Assembly: GCA_023248495.1 (NCBI GenBank)
Contig: JAHFEK010000001.1
Coordinates: 49,195-113,194 of the forward strand
Length of the DNA stretch: 64,000 nucleotides
DNA from: Nitrospinales bacterium
Lineage (GTDB): Bacteria; Nitrospinota_A; UBA7883; JACRGQ01
Direction of reading: 5' to 3'
The notes beneath the pieces were generated by a model, which saw only the letters and a program-made list of their open reading frames with translations, had not been told where the DNA came from and ran no database searches. Shown one piece after another: positions 39,687 through 49,400 of this stretch. The position numbers and the translations under genes were made by a program. Positions within the stretch are counted from its first letter, which is position 1, and each line of letters starts with the position of its first letter.

Positions 39687-42218
39687 TTACTGCTTTTCAC
39701 CAGCGGAGTTATATTTTACCAGGAAAGCATCAGTATAATTCCCGATGACCAAATTGCCGTCCAATCCACCAGAGGTATACCCTGTAACAAACACGTTGCC
39801 GTTGCTATCGCAAACCGCACGTAGGCCCGCGGTACCATTCGCCGACACCCCCAATAGCCGCGTCCATTGCTTGACACCGGCGGCATTATATTTAACCACT
39901 ACAAGATCGCCGGTTCCCACAACCGTATTACCATCCAATCCAACCGTAGTAAGCCCAACAGCAAAAACATTACCATTGGCGTCTGTCGCGGCACCATTTG
40001 CCGCAGTGTATCCCTGCATCCCCCCCCCCAACTGCTTTATCCAAATTGGTACTCCCGCGGCGTTGTACTTGGCCACAAATAAGTCCCATCTTTCCGTAGG
40101 AGGAGGGGTGAGATCCACGCTGGGGTGCCCAATTTGTCCAACTGCAAATAGGTTGTCACCGGCGTCCGTGGCCACGCCATAGCTATAGGTACGCAATCCC
40201 GTCGTCCCAATCTGTCTCGTCCATAACGTGACACCGGCGGCATTGTATTTGGCGACAAACGCATCAACTGTTCCAATAAGCGTAAATCCATTAGTAGGGC
40301 CTATTGAATAGCTGCTCGCGAAAAAATTACCGCCGCTATCCCACGCCACGACAGGGTAGGCCGGCACCCCTCCAACATAGAAATATTGTTGAGGATTGGG
40401 TGATTGAAAGATTCCGGCGGCATTTTGCATTTCCGTCCATCGCATTATACCCATCACACTCGAAGTTAAGCCAGCCACAACAATATTTCCACTGGCATCC
40501 AAAGACATTCCGTTAACATTATGGCGTACAATTTCAGAATACATGGCGAAAGGAGCCCACCCCCCTTTCTCCACCGTCCATTGCTTAACGCCGGCGGCAT
40601 TGTATTTCGTTATAAAATATTCGTAATCCTTGCCAGTTCTGCTTAAATACGTATTGCCATCGAGTCCGTAGTTTGTATTGCCGCCCACATAAACATTGCC
40701 GCTGGCATCCGTGGTGATGGCGGTGGCGGAAACGGTCGCCCCGGCCACCCCCAGTTGCTTCGTCCATAGCCGGGCACCGGCGGCACTGTATTTGATAACA
40801 AAAGCGTCCTGCACCCCCGCAAGGGTGTTGCCGTCCAATCCGCCGGTTGTATCGCCCGCCACAAAGATGTTGTTATCGGCATCTTTCGCGATTGCCCAGC
40901 CCCAAGTTGCCGCCCCCGCCGCGCCGATCTGTTTTGTATACATCGGCCGGGCCGCCGCTTCGGCGGAGGACGCGCCTTCATCGGAGCCATACACCGCCCT
41001 GACGATGTAGTAATAGGCCGTCCCGTTGACAAGGCCGGTGTGCACGTATGCCGTGCCGGAGGCAATGGCGATCTTGGTGCCGCTGGCCGATGTCACCCCG
41101 GTGGCGGTGGACCAATAGATGTTGTAAGAGGCAGCCCCGGAGACCGCGCTCCACGTCAACGATACCTGCCCCCAGCCGGGCACCGCCGATACTTTCGCGG
41201 GGGACGAAATGAAGGTCGCCTTCACCGGGGTTGATCCGGCGCTTTCCCCCGCCGAATTTGAAGCGGTAACGGTGAAATAATACACCACGCCGTTGGTTAA
41301 CCCCGTCAGCGTGTAGGACGTCCCGGTTATCCCGTTTATCTTTATCCCGGCAACGCCGGCGACGGCCGAATAATACAGGTTGTATGATGTGGCGCCGGTC
41401 ACGGCGGTCCAACTCACCGTGACCTTTCCGTCACCCGCCACGGCGGTGACGCCCGTGGGGACGGCGGCAGCCCCCTGCTGACCGCTAATAACGATGGTGA
41501 TCGTTATGGTGATGGCAATCGTATTCGCGTCGCCATCGCCCGCAGCCGACACCACCCCCACCGTAACGGTGGTGGATGAGTAATTGGCGTTGGCGGCGAT
41601 ATCGTCATGGATCGCCTGCGCAACCGTTTTCAGCAGGCCGCTATTCTTTATCGCCACAATAATGGCCGAAATATCGGCGCCGGTGACCTGGGTTGATACA
41701 TCCGCGCCCACTTCGCCCAACTTGTCGTTGCCGATCTTCTTCGACAGCACTTTGACGATGGCGGAAGACGTGGGGTCGACCGCCACGGTCATGTTGGCAT
41801 CGGCTTTTTCCACAAATGATTTCAGGGCCACATTCCCCTTCGTGGCCCTGACCACATAATTAACGCCTTTATCCACCTCCAAGGTGTACGTGCCATCGGC
41901 GGCAATCTTGGCGGTGCCGAGGGCTTTCCCCGTTGAATCGATTACTTTCACCTCGCCGTCCGCCATTGGGGATTGCAGGACGCCAACGCCGTTGACCGGC
42001 TTTTGTGAGGGCTTCGCCAATGTGCCCGATACGGAACCTGAGAGGGTGGCTTTGGTGGTGACGATAGGCGCGACCGTAACCGGCGGATCGGTGGCGGGAG
42101 TTACGGCGGAGGGGCTTGTGTCGCTGTTGTTAAAAACATCGCCGCAGCCCGCAAGGGGAATCCACAAAAGAGTGGCGCAAAGAAATAACACCCCTGGGCG
42201 ATTTCCCACGATTCTCAT
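39687..42218 (-). CDS. Lipoprotein with carboxypeptidase-regulatory-like domain, two Fn3 domains and SBBP beta-propeller repeats
   Basis: It has the lipobox 'IPLAGC', the motif 'VIDSTGKALGTAKIAADGTYTLEV', two Fn3 domains ('VSWTAVTGATSYNLYY...GLTNGVVYYFTVTA'), and repeated 'DAFV.KYNAAG...W.KQLG'. Confidence 0.8.
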   Translation of the reverse strand: MRIVGNRPGVLFLCATLLWIPLAGCGDVFNNSDTSPSAVTPATDPPVTVAPIVTTKATLSGSVSGTLAKPSQKPVNGVGVLQSPMADGEVKVIDSTGKALGTAKIAADGTYTLEVDKGVNYVVRATKGNVALKSFVEKADANMTVAVDPTSSAIVKVLSKKIGNDKLGEVGADVSTQVTGADISAIIVAIKNSGLLKTVAQAIHDDIAANANYSSTTVTVGVVSAAGDGDANTIAITITITIVISGQQGAAAVPTGVTAVAGDGKVTVSWTAVTGATSYNLYYSAVAGVAGIKINGITGTSYTLTGLTNGVVYYFTVTASNSAGESAGSTPVKATFISSPAKVSAVPGWGQVSLTWSAVSGAASYNIYWSTATGVTSASGTKIAIASGTAYVHTGLVNGTAYYYIVRAVYGSDEGASSAEAAARPMYTKQIGAAGAATWGWAIAKDADNNIFVAGDTTGGLDGNTLAGVQDAFVIKYSAAGARLWTKQLGVAGATVSATAITTDASGNVYVGGNTNYGLDGNTYLSRTGKDYEYFITKYNAAGVKQWTVEKGGWAPFAMYSEIVRHNVNGMSLDASGNIVVAGLTSSVMGIMRWTEMQNAAGIFQSPNPQQYFYVGGVPAYPVVAWDSGGNFFASSYSIGPTNGFTLIGTVDAFVAKYNAAGVTLWTRQIGTTGLRTYSYGVATDAGDNLFAVGQIGHPSVDLTPPPTERWDLFVAKYNAAGVPIWIKQLGGGMQGYTAANGAATDANGNVFAVGLTTVGLDGNTVVGTGDLVVVKYNAAGVKQWTRLLGVSANGTAGLRAVCDSNGNVFVTGYTSGGLDGNLVIGNYTDAFLVKYNSAGEKQ

Positions 42219-42366
42219 CTTAATACCACCTTATCTATCTTTTATTATACGCCGAATATAAATTTATAACATGAAAAATGTTCTTGCATATACCCGCGAA
42301 GAACCGGCCCTTTGAACCCGGTTTCCGAAAAGTGGGTGCCACAGTTTGAATTATCTCGTTCTCTTT

Positions 42367-42420
42367 CCTCCCCCTTGTTTTGCAAGGGGAGGTGCAGGAG
42401 GGGTTAAACACCTCCCCTGC
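42367..42420. repeat. Two adjacent CCTCCCC/GGGGAGG palindromic hairpins (intergenic junk-repeat type)
   Basis: The hairpins are cctccccctt...aaggggagg and gcaggaggggt-taaac-acctcccctgc. A direct AGGATGACC x2 follows at 42428-42469. Confidence 0.5.
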
Positions 42421-42473
42421 TTGGCTCAGGATGACCGGAATGGGCAGGCAAGGATGACCCGCGAAAAGCGGGG

Positions 42474-43967
42474 TTACAATGATGCCTGGGCCGCGCCGAG
42501 CGTTTTGAGGTATTCGACGAAGGGGCAGCCGGAACAGGCGGCGGGGGCGGCGTGGCAGAAATCCTTATAGACCTGCAGGAGCGCCTGCTGGTGGCAGACC
42601 GACCGGGGGGCGAATGCGGCATCGCGTCCCAACACCGTTTTGCGCATGAAATCGAGAACCGCGCTGGAGGAGGGAATGGGGAGCGCGTGGTAAAAAAGCA
42701 CCAGCCGCTGTTCCATGTCGAGGTCGTTTCCGGCGCGGGATACGGCCAGCAGAAACGGGATGATGCAGTCGGCGGCGATGGAGACCGCTTTGTCGGCGCC
42801 AATCAGTTTTTTGGGGTTTTTCGTAGGTTTGGTGAAGGTGTAACGGCAATCCCAAAACGGGTCGGTGATATTTGTGAATATTTCCAGAACGCCGCGCGCG
42901 AATTTCCGCGTTTGCGCGGCCGTGGCATCGAGCGGCAGCGCGGCGAAACGGCGTTGCAAGGCATCGGCGCCGAAATCCGAAGCCACCAGCGCGGCCATGG
43001 CAGCAATGCGCCGCTGGGGAAAATTCGCGGGGCGGCAGCGGGCCAGCGGCCAATCGTCCGGGCCGAAAATTGGAGTTATTGGCGGCAGGGCCGTTGCCAT
43101 CATCAGCGTGGCCTGCGCGGCGGCTTCCGTGTCGGCCCCATCGTGCAAAAGCGGAAATCCCGCAACGCGGCAGAGCGCCGCGCGCGCCGATGCCGCCGGG
43201 GGGATGGCGGGATTATCGGCGATGATATCCCGCAGCCGGGCACGGGGCATCGCCCGCGCCACTGCCCCGAACTGGCGGTTGAACGCCGAATATCCCAGCG
43301 TTTCAAACAGCAGCTCGTAAAAAATCTGTTCCGGCTCCGCGCGGGCGAGGCGGGCGATGACGCGGTTGCTTTTAATCAGGGCGCGGCCGTCGCCGATAAT
43401 GTTGAAAAGCCCGGGTGCGGCGCGCGGCCCCAGCTTTAACAAATGACCGGCGCACGGGGGGTTGAATGGGCGGCCCGTGAGGGGGGCTTGCACCACCTCC
43501 AGTTCCCGGTGCAGGTCTTCCAGCGGGTGGCGCAGGTGCAGGCCGATTTCCAACTCGTGGATCGTTCTTCCCCGGCGGGTGGCCGCGGCCGGAGTGGCAA
43601 CGCCCCGTTCCACGAAAACGTGCAGCGCCGTATGGTTGTAGAGCGGTGAGAGGTGGTGCTTGTGCTCGAACCACTCGCGGGCGTGCTTGTGTATTTCCAC
43701 GTCGCCGTGAATGCGTTGGCCGTTTATCGTGATGTCGGCGTTTTTGAAATCGGGTCCCGCGCCCTTGTTGAAACGTCCGGCGGCATGCACGGTTACCGGC
43801 AGTCCCGCCACGGTTTTCAGGGCGCTGCCGTCATACAGGCTGTTGCGCCAGATGAGCTGGATCAGGTTTTCGGTGAATTTCCCCTGTGCGATGGCGTAGG
43901 CGGCCGGTGATTCGGCAACCATGCCGTCGTGGCCGAAGCGTTCGATGTATTCGCGGCTGAAGCGCAC
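42474..43967 (-). CDS. DUF2851 family protein
   Basis: The N-terminal pattern 'ENLIQLIWRN...LKTVAGLPVTVHAAGRFNKGAGPDFKNADITINGQRIHGDVEIHKHAREWFEHKHH...ALHVFV' matches DUF2851 as I recall it. Confidence 0.7.
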   Translation of the reverse strand: MRFSREYIERFGHDGMVAESPAAYAIAQGKFTENLIQLIWRNSLYDGSALKTVAGLPVTVHAAGRFNKGAGPDFKNADITINGQRIHGDVEIHKHAREWFEHKHHLSPLYNHTALHVFVERGVATPAAATRRGRTIHELEIGLHLRHPLEDLHRELEVVQAPLTGRPFNPPCAGHLLKLGPRAAPGLFNIIGDGRALIKSNRVIARLARAEPEQIFYELLFETLGYSAFNRQFGAVARAMPRARLRDIIADNPAIPPAASARAALCRVAGFPLLHDGADTEAAAQATLMMATALPPITPIFGPDDWPLARCRPANFPQRRIAAMAALVASDFGADALQRRFAALPLDATAAQTRKFARGVLEIFTNITDPFWDCRYTFTKPTKNPKKLIGADKAVSIAADCIIPFLLAVSRAGNDLDMEQRLVLFYHALPIPSSSAVLDFMRKTVLGRDAAFAPRSVCHQQALLQVYKDFCHAAPAACSGCPFVEYLKTLGAAQASL

Positions 43968-43970
43968 CGG

Positions 43971-44252
43971 TTATGCCGATGGCTCCGGCGGCGGCGCGGG
44001 CGGCTGGCCGTCTTTTTTTGGGCCGGTCTGCAACTGGGGATCGAATATCAGCAGTTGTTCGGGCGCGCAGCGGAAAAAACGGCAAAGCCGCTCCATGTTT
44101 TCCGTGGAGGTGTTGCACCCTTTGGGGGATGCGATGCGGGCCAGCGTTTGGCGCGAGATGCCGGTGTAGCGCGAGAGGAGATCGAAGGTGAGCTTGCGGC
44201 CGTACTCCACCTCAAGCTTCGCCATCATTTCCTTGAGCCTGAATTTGATCAT
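43971..44252 (-). CDS. XRE-family helix-turn-helix transcriptional regulator
   Basis: 'LTFDLLSRYTGISRQTLARI...NTSTENMERLCRFFRCAPEQLLIF' is a Cro/C1-type HTH. Confidence 0.7.
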   Translation of the reverse strand: MIKFRLKEMMAKLEVEYGRKLTFDLLSRYTGISRQTLARIASPKGCNTSTENMERLCRFFRCAPEQLLIFDPQLQTGPKKDGQPPAPPPEPSA

Positions 44253-44316
44253 TGGAAGGTGATGTTAGTCCAGCCGGGCGCGGGAATCAAGGGGCGTCCG
44301 AAAAGAAAAAGCAGGT

Positions 44317-44517
44317 TCAGGTATTTTTTTCGTTAACCGGACAAGTCTTCAAGCCGAGAATGGCGTAGAGCGGGCAATATCCGGCGAGGCCGGTGAGCAG
44401 CGGCCCGATGCCGATCCAGCCCCACGGGGTCTGCGGCCCCGCAAACACCATCGCAATGAGGCCAAGCCCCGCGATGACACGCATACCGCGGTCAACGCCG
44501 CCACAATTGCCTTTCAT
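44317..44517 (-). CDS. DUF2892 (YgaP-like) small membrane protein
   Basis: It reads 'GGVDRGMRVIAGLGLIAMVF...GWIGIGPLLTGLAGYCPLYAILG'. The start is taken at Met17. Confidence 0.6.
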   Translation of the reverse strand: MKGNCGGVDRGMRVIAGLGLIAMVFAGPQTPWGWIGIGPLLTGLAGYCPLYAILGLKTCPVNEKNT

Positions 44518-44585
44518 GCGGTAATCCCCTTTTAATAAATAATGCGGGTTATCTCTTTCAAACATTAATAGTATAATTCAAACAG

Positions 44586-45254
44586 ATGGAATCAATATAT
44601 AAAACATTAAACGCGGACGCGGCGAAAGAGAACGATTTTCGGGCCGTGACCCGCTTCAAGGCGGGCGACGCGAAGGCCTTCGACGAGCTGGTGGTGCGCT
44701 ACGAAGGCAGGATGTACGGCTTCCTTATGCGGATGTGCGGTTGCGCCGACAACGCCAAAGATGTCGTGCAGGAGACCTTCATGACCGCCTACCGCTACCT
44801 CAACGGTTTCCGCGGGGACGCTTCGTTCAAGACGTGGCTCTACCGGATCGCCAGCACCTCCTGCCTGAAGAACAAACGCCGCCGCAAGAACGAACCGGCG
44901 CGGCACGTTTCGCTGGATGATCTCGTCCCCGGCGAAGCCGAGGTGAAGGGGTTGGCGGAGAGTTCGTGGCCCACCACGCCGGCGGAAGAGCTGCTCAACC
45001 GCGAACTGGCCGATCATATCCAGAACTCGCTGTTGGATCTTCCCGAAAAGTACCGCATCGTTTTCGTGTTGCGCGACGTGGAAGGGTTCTCCGCCGAAGA
45101 GGCCGCCCGTACGCTTAAGATCAGCGTGCCGGCGGTGAAATCGCGTTTGCATCGCGCGCGCCTCTTTCTGCGCAAGGAGCTTTCCGCCTACTATCTGGGC
45201 GGGCAGGAAAAAAAAGGGCGCGTTGCCAAAAAAACCGCCTCTAACAAGAATTGA
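44586..45254 (+). CDS. ECF-type RNA polymerase sigma-70 family factor
   Basis: Region 2 reads 'AFDELVVRYEGRMYGFL...DVVQETFMTAYRYLNGFRGDASFKTWLYRIA'. Region 4 reads 'LPEKYRIVFVLRDVEGFSAEEAARTLKISVPAVKSRLHRAR'. Confidence 0.85.
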   Translation: MESIYKTLNADAAKENDFRAVTRFKAGDAKAFDELVVRYEGRMYGFLMRMCGCADNAKDVVQETFMTAYRYLNGFRGDASFKTWLYRIASTSCLKNKRRRKNEPARHVSLDDLVPGEAEVKGLAESSWPTTPAEELLNRELADHIQNSLLDLPEKYRIVFVLRDVEGFSAEEAARTLKISVPAVKSRLHRARLFLRKELSAYYLGGQEKKGRVAKKTASNKN

Positions 45255-45273
45255 CCCGGCGCCGATCATCAAC

Positions 45274-45999
45274 ATGGCGGACGTAACCGGGCATTATCAA
45301 GACCTCCTGGCCGGCGTATATACGTGGCTTTGCGGCGGGGCCGACGCGCGTATCGCGGATAACCGAAAATTCTTCGATGCCAACGGCATCGTCCCACGGG
45401 GTTGCGGCAATGCCGTTGACCTGGGATGCGGTCCGGGGTTTCAAAGCATTCCGCTAGCCGAGATCGGCTTCGCCGTGACCGCCATCGACCTCTCCGAAAT
45501 TCTGCTGGCGGAACTGGAAGCGCGACGCGCCGGATTGAACATCGCCACCGTGCGGGCCGACCTGTCTGATTTCGCCGGGCATATCCCCGAACGTCTGGAA
45601 TTGGCCGTTTGCATGGGAGACACCCTCACGCACCTTGCCGGTTTTGGCGAGGTTGAACGGTTGTTGCGCGGAATCCACGGGCGGCTGGAGAAAGGGGGGA
45701 AGATGGCGCTCACCTTCCGCAACTTCACGAACGAGATACCTCGCGGCGACCGCTTTATTCCGGTGCGCAGCGACGAGAATGCGCTATTCGGCTGTTTCCT
45801 CGAATACGAAGGTGATTTTGCGATAGTGCATGATCTTCTGTACACGCGCGGGGCGGCGGGATGGGAGTTGAAAAAAAGTTTTTATAAAAAGCTGCGGATA
45901 TCGCCGGCGTGGGCGATGTTGGTGATTGAAAGCGCCGGTTATCGGACCGCAGCCCTGCGCGAAGAGCGCGGCCTCGCCACCATTATCGCGGAGAAGTAG
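45274..45999 (+). CDS. Class I SAM-dependent methyltransferase
   Basis: It has motif I 'AVDLGCGPGFQS' and post-I 'VTAIDLS'. The start is taken at Met18 of the ORF. Confidence 0.7.
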   Translation: MADVTGHYQDLLAGVYTWLCGGADARIADNRKFFDANGIVPRGCGNAVDLGCGPGFQSIPLAEIGFAVTAIDLSEILLAELEARRAGLNIATVRADLSDFAGHIPERLELAVCMGDTLTHLAGFGEVERLLRGIHGRLEKGGKMALTFRNFTNEIPRGDRFIPVRSDENALFGCFLEYEGDFAIVHDLLYTRGAAGWELKKSFYKKLRISPAWAMLVIESAGYRTAALREERGLATIIAEK

Positions 46000-46089
46000 C
46001 GTCGATAGCGCGGGGCTGGTTTGCCGCCGCGATGTTATTGCGTTTATAATTGCTGGCGGAATTCAACTTAACTTCACTAAGGGGCGATT

Positions 46090-46491
46090 ATGTATGTGAA
46101 ATGGGACGATAGTTACAGCAACGGGATCGAGATATTTGATACGCAGCACAAGGGTCTTTTCAAGCTGATCAATGACTTGCACGATGGCATCCGGGAAAAA
46201 AAGAACCGCGAGGCGCTGGGAACGGCCTTGGGAGCATTGATGGAATATACCAACACCCATTTTGGCGATGAAGAAAACGCCATGCGGATCACCGGCTACC
46301 CCGGGTATGAAGATCACAAGACCCAGCATGTCGCTTTCATAACGCAGGTATCCGACATTAATGACCGTTTTCGCAGCGGTGAGCCGGTTATGACAATGGA
46401 ATTGGTCGGGTTGTTGGTGAATTGGCTGAAGAACCACATTCAGACGGTCGACCGCGCCTACGGCCCCCACCTGAAAGCCAAGGGCGCGTAG
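46090..46491 (+). CDS. Bacteriohemerythrin (hemerythrin-like metal-binding protein)
   Basis: It carries 'WDDSYSNGIEIFDTQHKGLFKLINDL', 'HFGDEE...H', and 'WLKNHIQTVDRAY'. Confidence 0.85.
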   Translation: MYVKWDDSYSNGIEIFDTQHKGLFKLINDLHDGIREKKNREALGTALGALMEYTNTHFGDEENAMRITGYPGYEDHKTQHVAFITQVSDINDRFRSGEPVMTMELVGLLVNWLKNHIQTVDRAYGPHLKAKGA

Positions 46492-46498
46492 CCGCGCA

Positions 46499-49400
46499 TT
46501 ATTCCTTGACGTTGAACAACCGCAGGCGGTTTCCCCAATTATCGCAGATGGCAAGAAGACCGTTTTCCCCGGCGGTTACCGCTCCCACGGCCACTGTCTT
46601 CATGGCGGGCAGACGGCGCACCGCTGAGAATGTTTCATCGGTGACGGCGGTTATGTTCCGCGCGTGGTCGATAAAATAGAGGCTGCCCGCGCCGTCCGCG
46701 CAGATGCTGTTGATGGCGCTGAATGAAAGCCCGGTTTCCCTGAAATGCAGCGGCGCGCCGGTGACGGCGTCAACCGCGGCCATCATGCCGTTTCTTCCGG
46801 TGTACAGTTTGCCGTTCACCAGCGCGAAGCCGAGTACGCTGCCTAATCGTTCGAAGGGAGACCCTTTCAGCGGAATGCTCCGCAAAAACGTTCCTTCGGA
46901 ATTATGGATATTGATTCCTTCCCCGTCGAAAAAGCTGGCGAAAATGGTTCCGTCAGCTCCGGTTTGAATCCGGTAAACCCGCCGTCCCTCCGTTTTTTCC
47001 AAGGTGATGTCGCGGTCAAACGAGCCGTCAGGACCGAAGCGCGCGATCATCGGCGAGAATATCCGGGTGACCAGGAGATGGCCATCAGGAGTAAACGCGA
47101 TGTCCATCGGGAAGTCGAGCTTGCCCGGTCCACGGCCGTATGCTCCCACTTCGCGGATCGGGCGCATGGCGTTGTCATATACGGACACGATGGAGCGCGC
47201 AACCACATAGAGGTTGCCGTCCGCGTCGAAAAGGGCGGCGGACGGGCCGGACAATGGGCGGAACCCGGCGGCGGTTTCAAAAATGCTTCCGGCGGCGCGC
47301 GGCTCATTTCCTGCGGCATCCCGCACCGCCGCGCGGGCCAGCGCCAGGTGCGCCCCCAGCAGCGACAGATAGCCGAGGGCGGCGCCTGCGGCGGAATGGC
47401 GGATTCTTAACTCCTGTTTTTCGCCGGTGGCGGCGGTTTTCAGTTTCTGGGATGTGTCAAACACGGCGTTGGATTCGCCGTTTCCCGCGATGGCCGCTTC
47501 GTCGATGAGCGCGTCGAGCGCGGCGGCCGTCCGTTCCGCCGCATCGGGGGGCAAGCAGGGGATTTTGGCGGCGAACAGCGCGTAGCGCGTGAGGTATTCA
47601 AGCATCAAGCCGCCGATGTAGCGCTCCTGAAACATCAAATGGTAATTCAGCAGCGATATTTTACGCAGAATCATCGCCGCCTGTTTTATGTCCGATTTTT
47701 CGGCCATCGGCAGCATCATGCTATTGCGCAGCAACTCCAGCCGCAGCGGGGCGTTTTCGCCCACGAATTTGGTGAACTCGGCGTGATAAAATGCGGTGAT
47801 TTTTTCCCATGTGGAGGGATCGGCGGTTTTTCCCTCTTCCATGCCGCTAGCCCAGAGGGCCGCCAGCAAGGCATAATCGGGCCGTTGCGCTTTTTCTTCA
47901 AGTCCCAGCGTTTCCCACGCCGCGCCGGACGAGTTGGCCCGCAGCCATCCCGCCACGGCTTCCGGGCCGGCCGCTTCCATCAACGCCTCGGCGCCGTTGA
48001 GGCACGTGAGCCGGGTGGCCGCGTCTTCGGGGGCATCGAGCAACATGCCGAGCGCCGGGCCGATATGTTCCGCCACGGCATCTTTTTCCAGCAGGCCCGC
48101 GGCGGCGAGCGAGGCGATTTCGAACTGCGCGTCGGTTAACATGCTCCAAAAGGAGCGAAACTCGAATGCCGTCTGCGAAAGCCTGCTTTCGTTGATGGCG
48201 AACGAGGCGCGTTCGGCGGGGGCGCTGTTGAAATTCAGCGCGGGCGCTTCTTTCGCCGCGCCGGCGAACCACGTCTCGCGCGTTTTTCCCATCGCGGCCA
48301 CCGCCGCCTGTCCCGCCGCGAGCGATGCCAGCCGCGCGGGAATTTCCTGGCCGGCACGCGCCAGCCGCCGCCGGAATTCCGCGATTTTGCGCAATGCCGC
48401 CATCGTCCGCTTGAAATCGGCGCTTAGGTTCAGCAGTGATTTGATGGAACGCCACCGGGCCACCATGAAGTCGTCGACTCCGGCGTTCCCCAGCAGCGAT
48501 GTTTTTTCTATTTGCAAGGCGGCGTTCGCGTTATCGTCCGCCGCCGCGGTTTTGCGAATCAGTATGGTTTCCAGCATTTTCCACCGCTCGGCGGCTGCGG
48601 CATCCAGCAGGCGGCAGAAGGCCGAGGCCCCGGCGTGGGGCGGCTGTTTTGGCGGGGGGAAGGGGGCGAAATCGCCTTCGGGCAGCGCGGCGGCCAGCTC
48701 CTCGGGCGAGGGAGCGGGGGAGGCGGCGGCATCGCCGAGGGCGTCAAATGCCGATGCCCATTCTCCCGCCGCCGTTGCCGCCAACGCTTCTTTCAGATTG
48801 AACGTGAACGGGGTTTCCAGCGCGCAACCGGCGTCGTGTCCCGCATCAATCGTGAAAGCGGACACGCGCGCAGCCATGCCGGCCGCCACATAGACGGCGT
48901 TTCCGGCACATGCCACCGCCACGGGCATCTCAAGCCCGGGCGTTAGATATTTGTATAGATATATTCCGCGCGGTGAAAAAACATGCACCCCCGCGCGGTT
49001 GAACTGGGTTATGTGAAGATTGCCCGCCACATCGCACGCGGTTCCCACCGGGTAACGCAGCCCCGGCGTGGTGTAGGCGCTGATATAACCGCCCGCCGGG
49101 GAGAGTTTTACCACCCGGTGGTTGTTGGTATCGGCCACATAGAAATTTCCGGCCGCGTCGGCCGCAAGAGCGGTGGGAAATTCAAAGACCGGCGGACAGA
49201 AGGTATCCGGCGGCACGGGCACCGCATAAAACCGGGCCTGCTCGTCCGCGCTTCCCCGCTTGCCGAACGACGCGGTGGAACGTCCATCGGGGGTGAATAG
49301 TTGAATCCGGTGGTTCGATTTTTCCAGCACCGCCAGCGCGCCATTCACGAATGCCACGCCGCACGGCTCGTCCAGCTGGCCCGCGCCGCTTCCCAGCGAT

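Noticed and set aside
42346-42570. 74-aa plus-strand ORF and 132-aa minus-strand ORF (42404-42802) in and around the 42.2-42.5 kb intergenic region.
   Set aside because: The plus-strand ORF is built from the CCTCCCC/GGGGAGG palindromes and AGGATGACC repeats, giving repeat-derived peptides such as 'PPPCFARGGAGGV'. The minus-strand ORF is out of frame with the well-supported DUF2851 gene.
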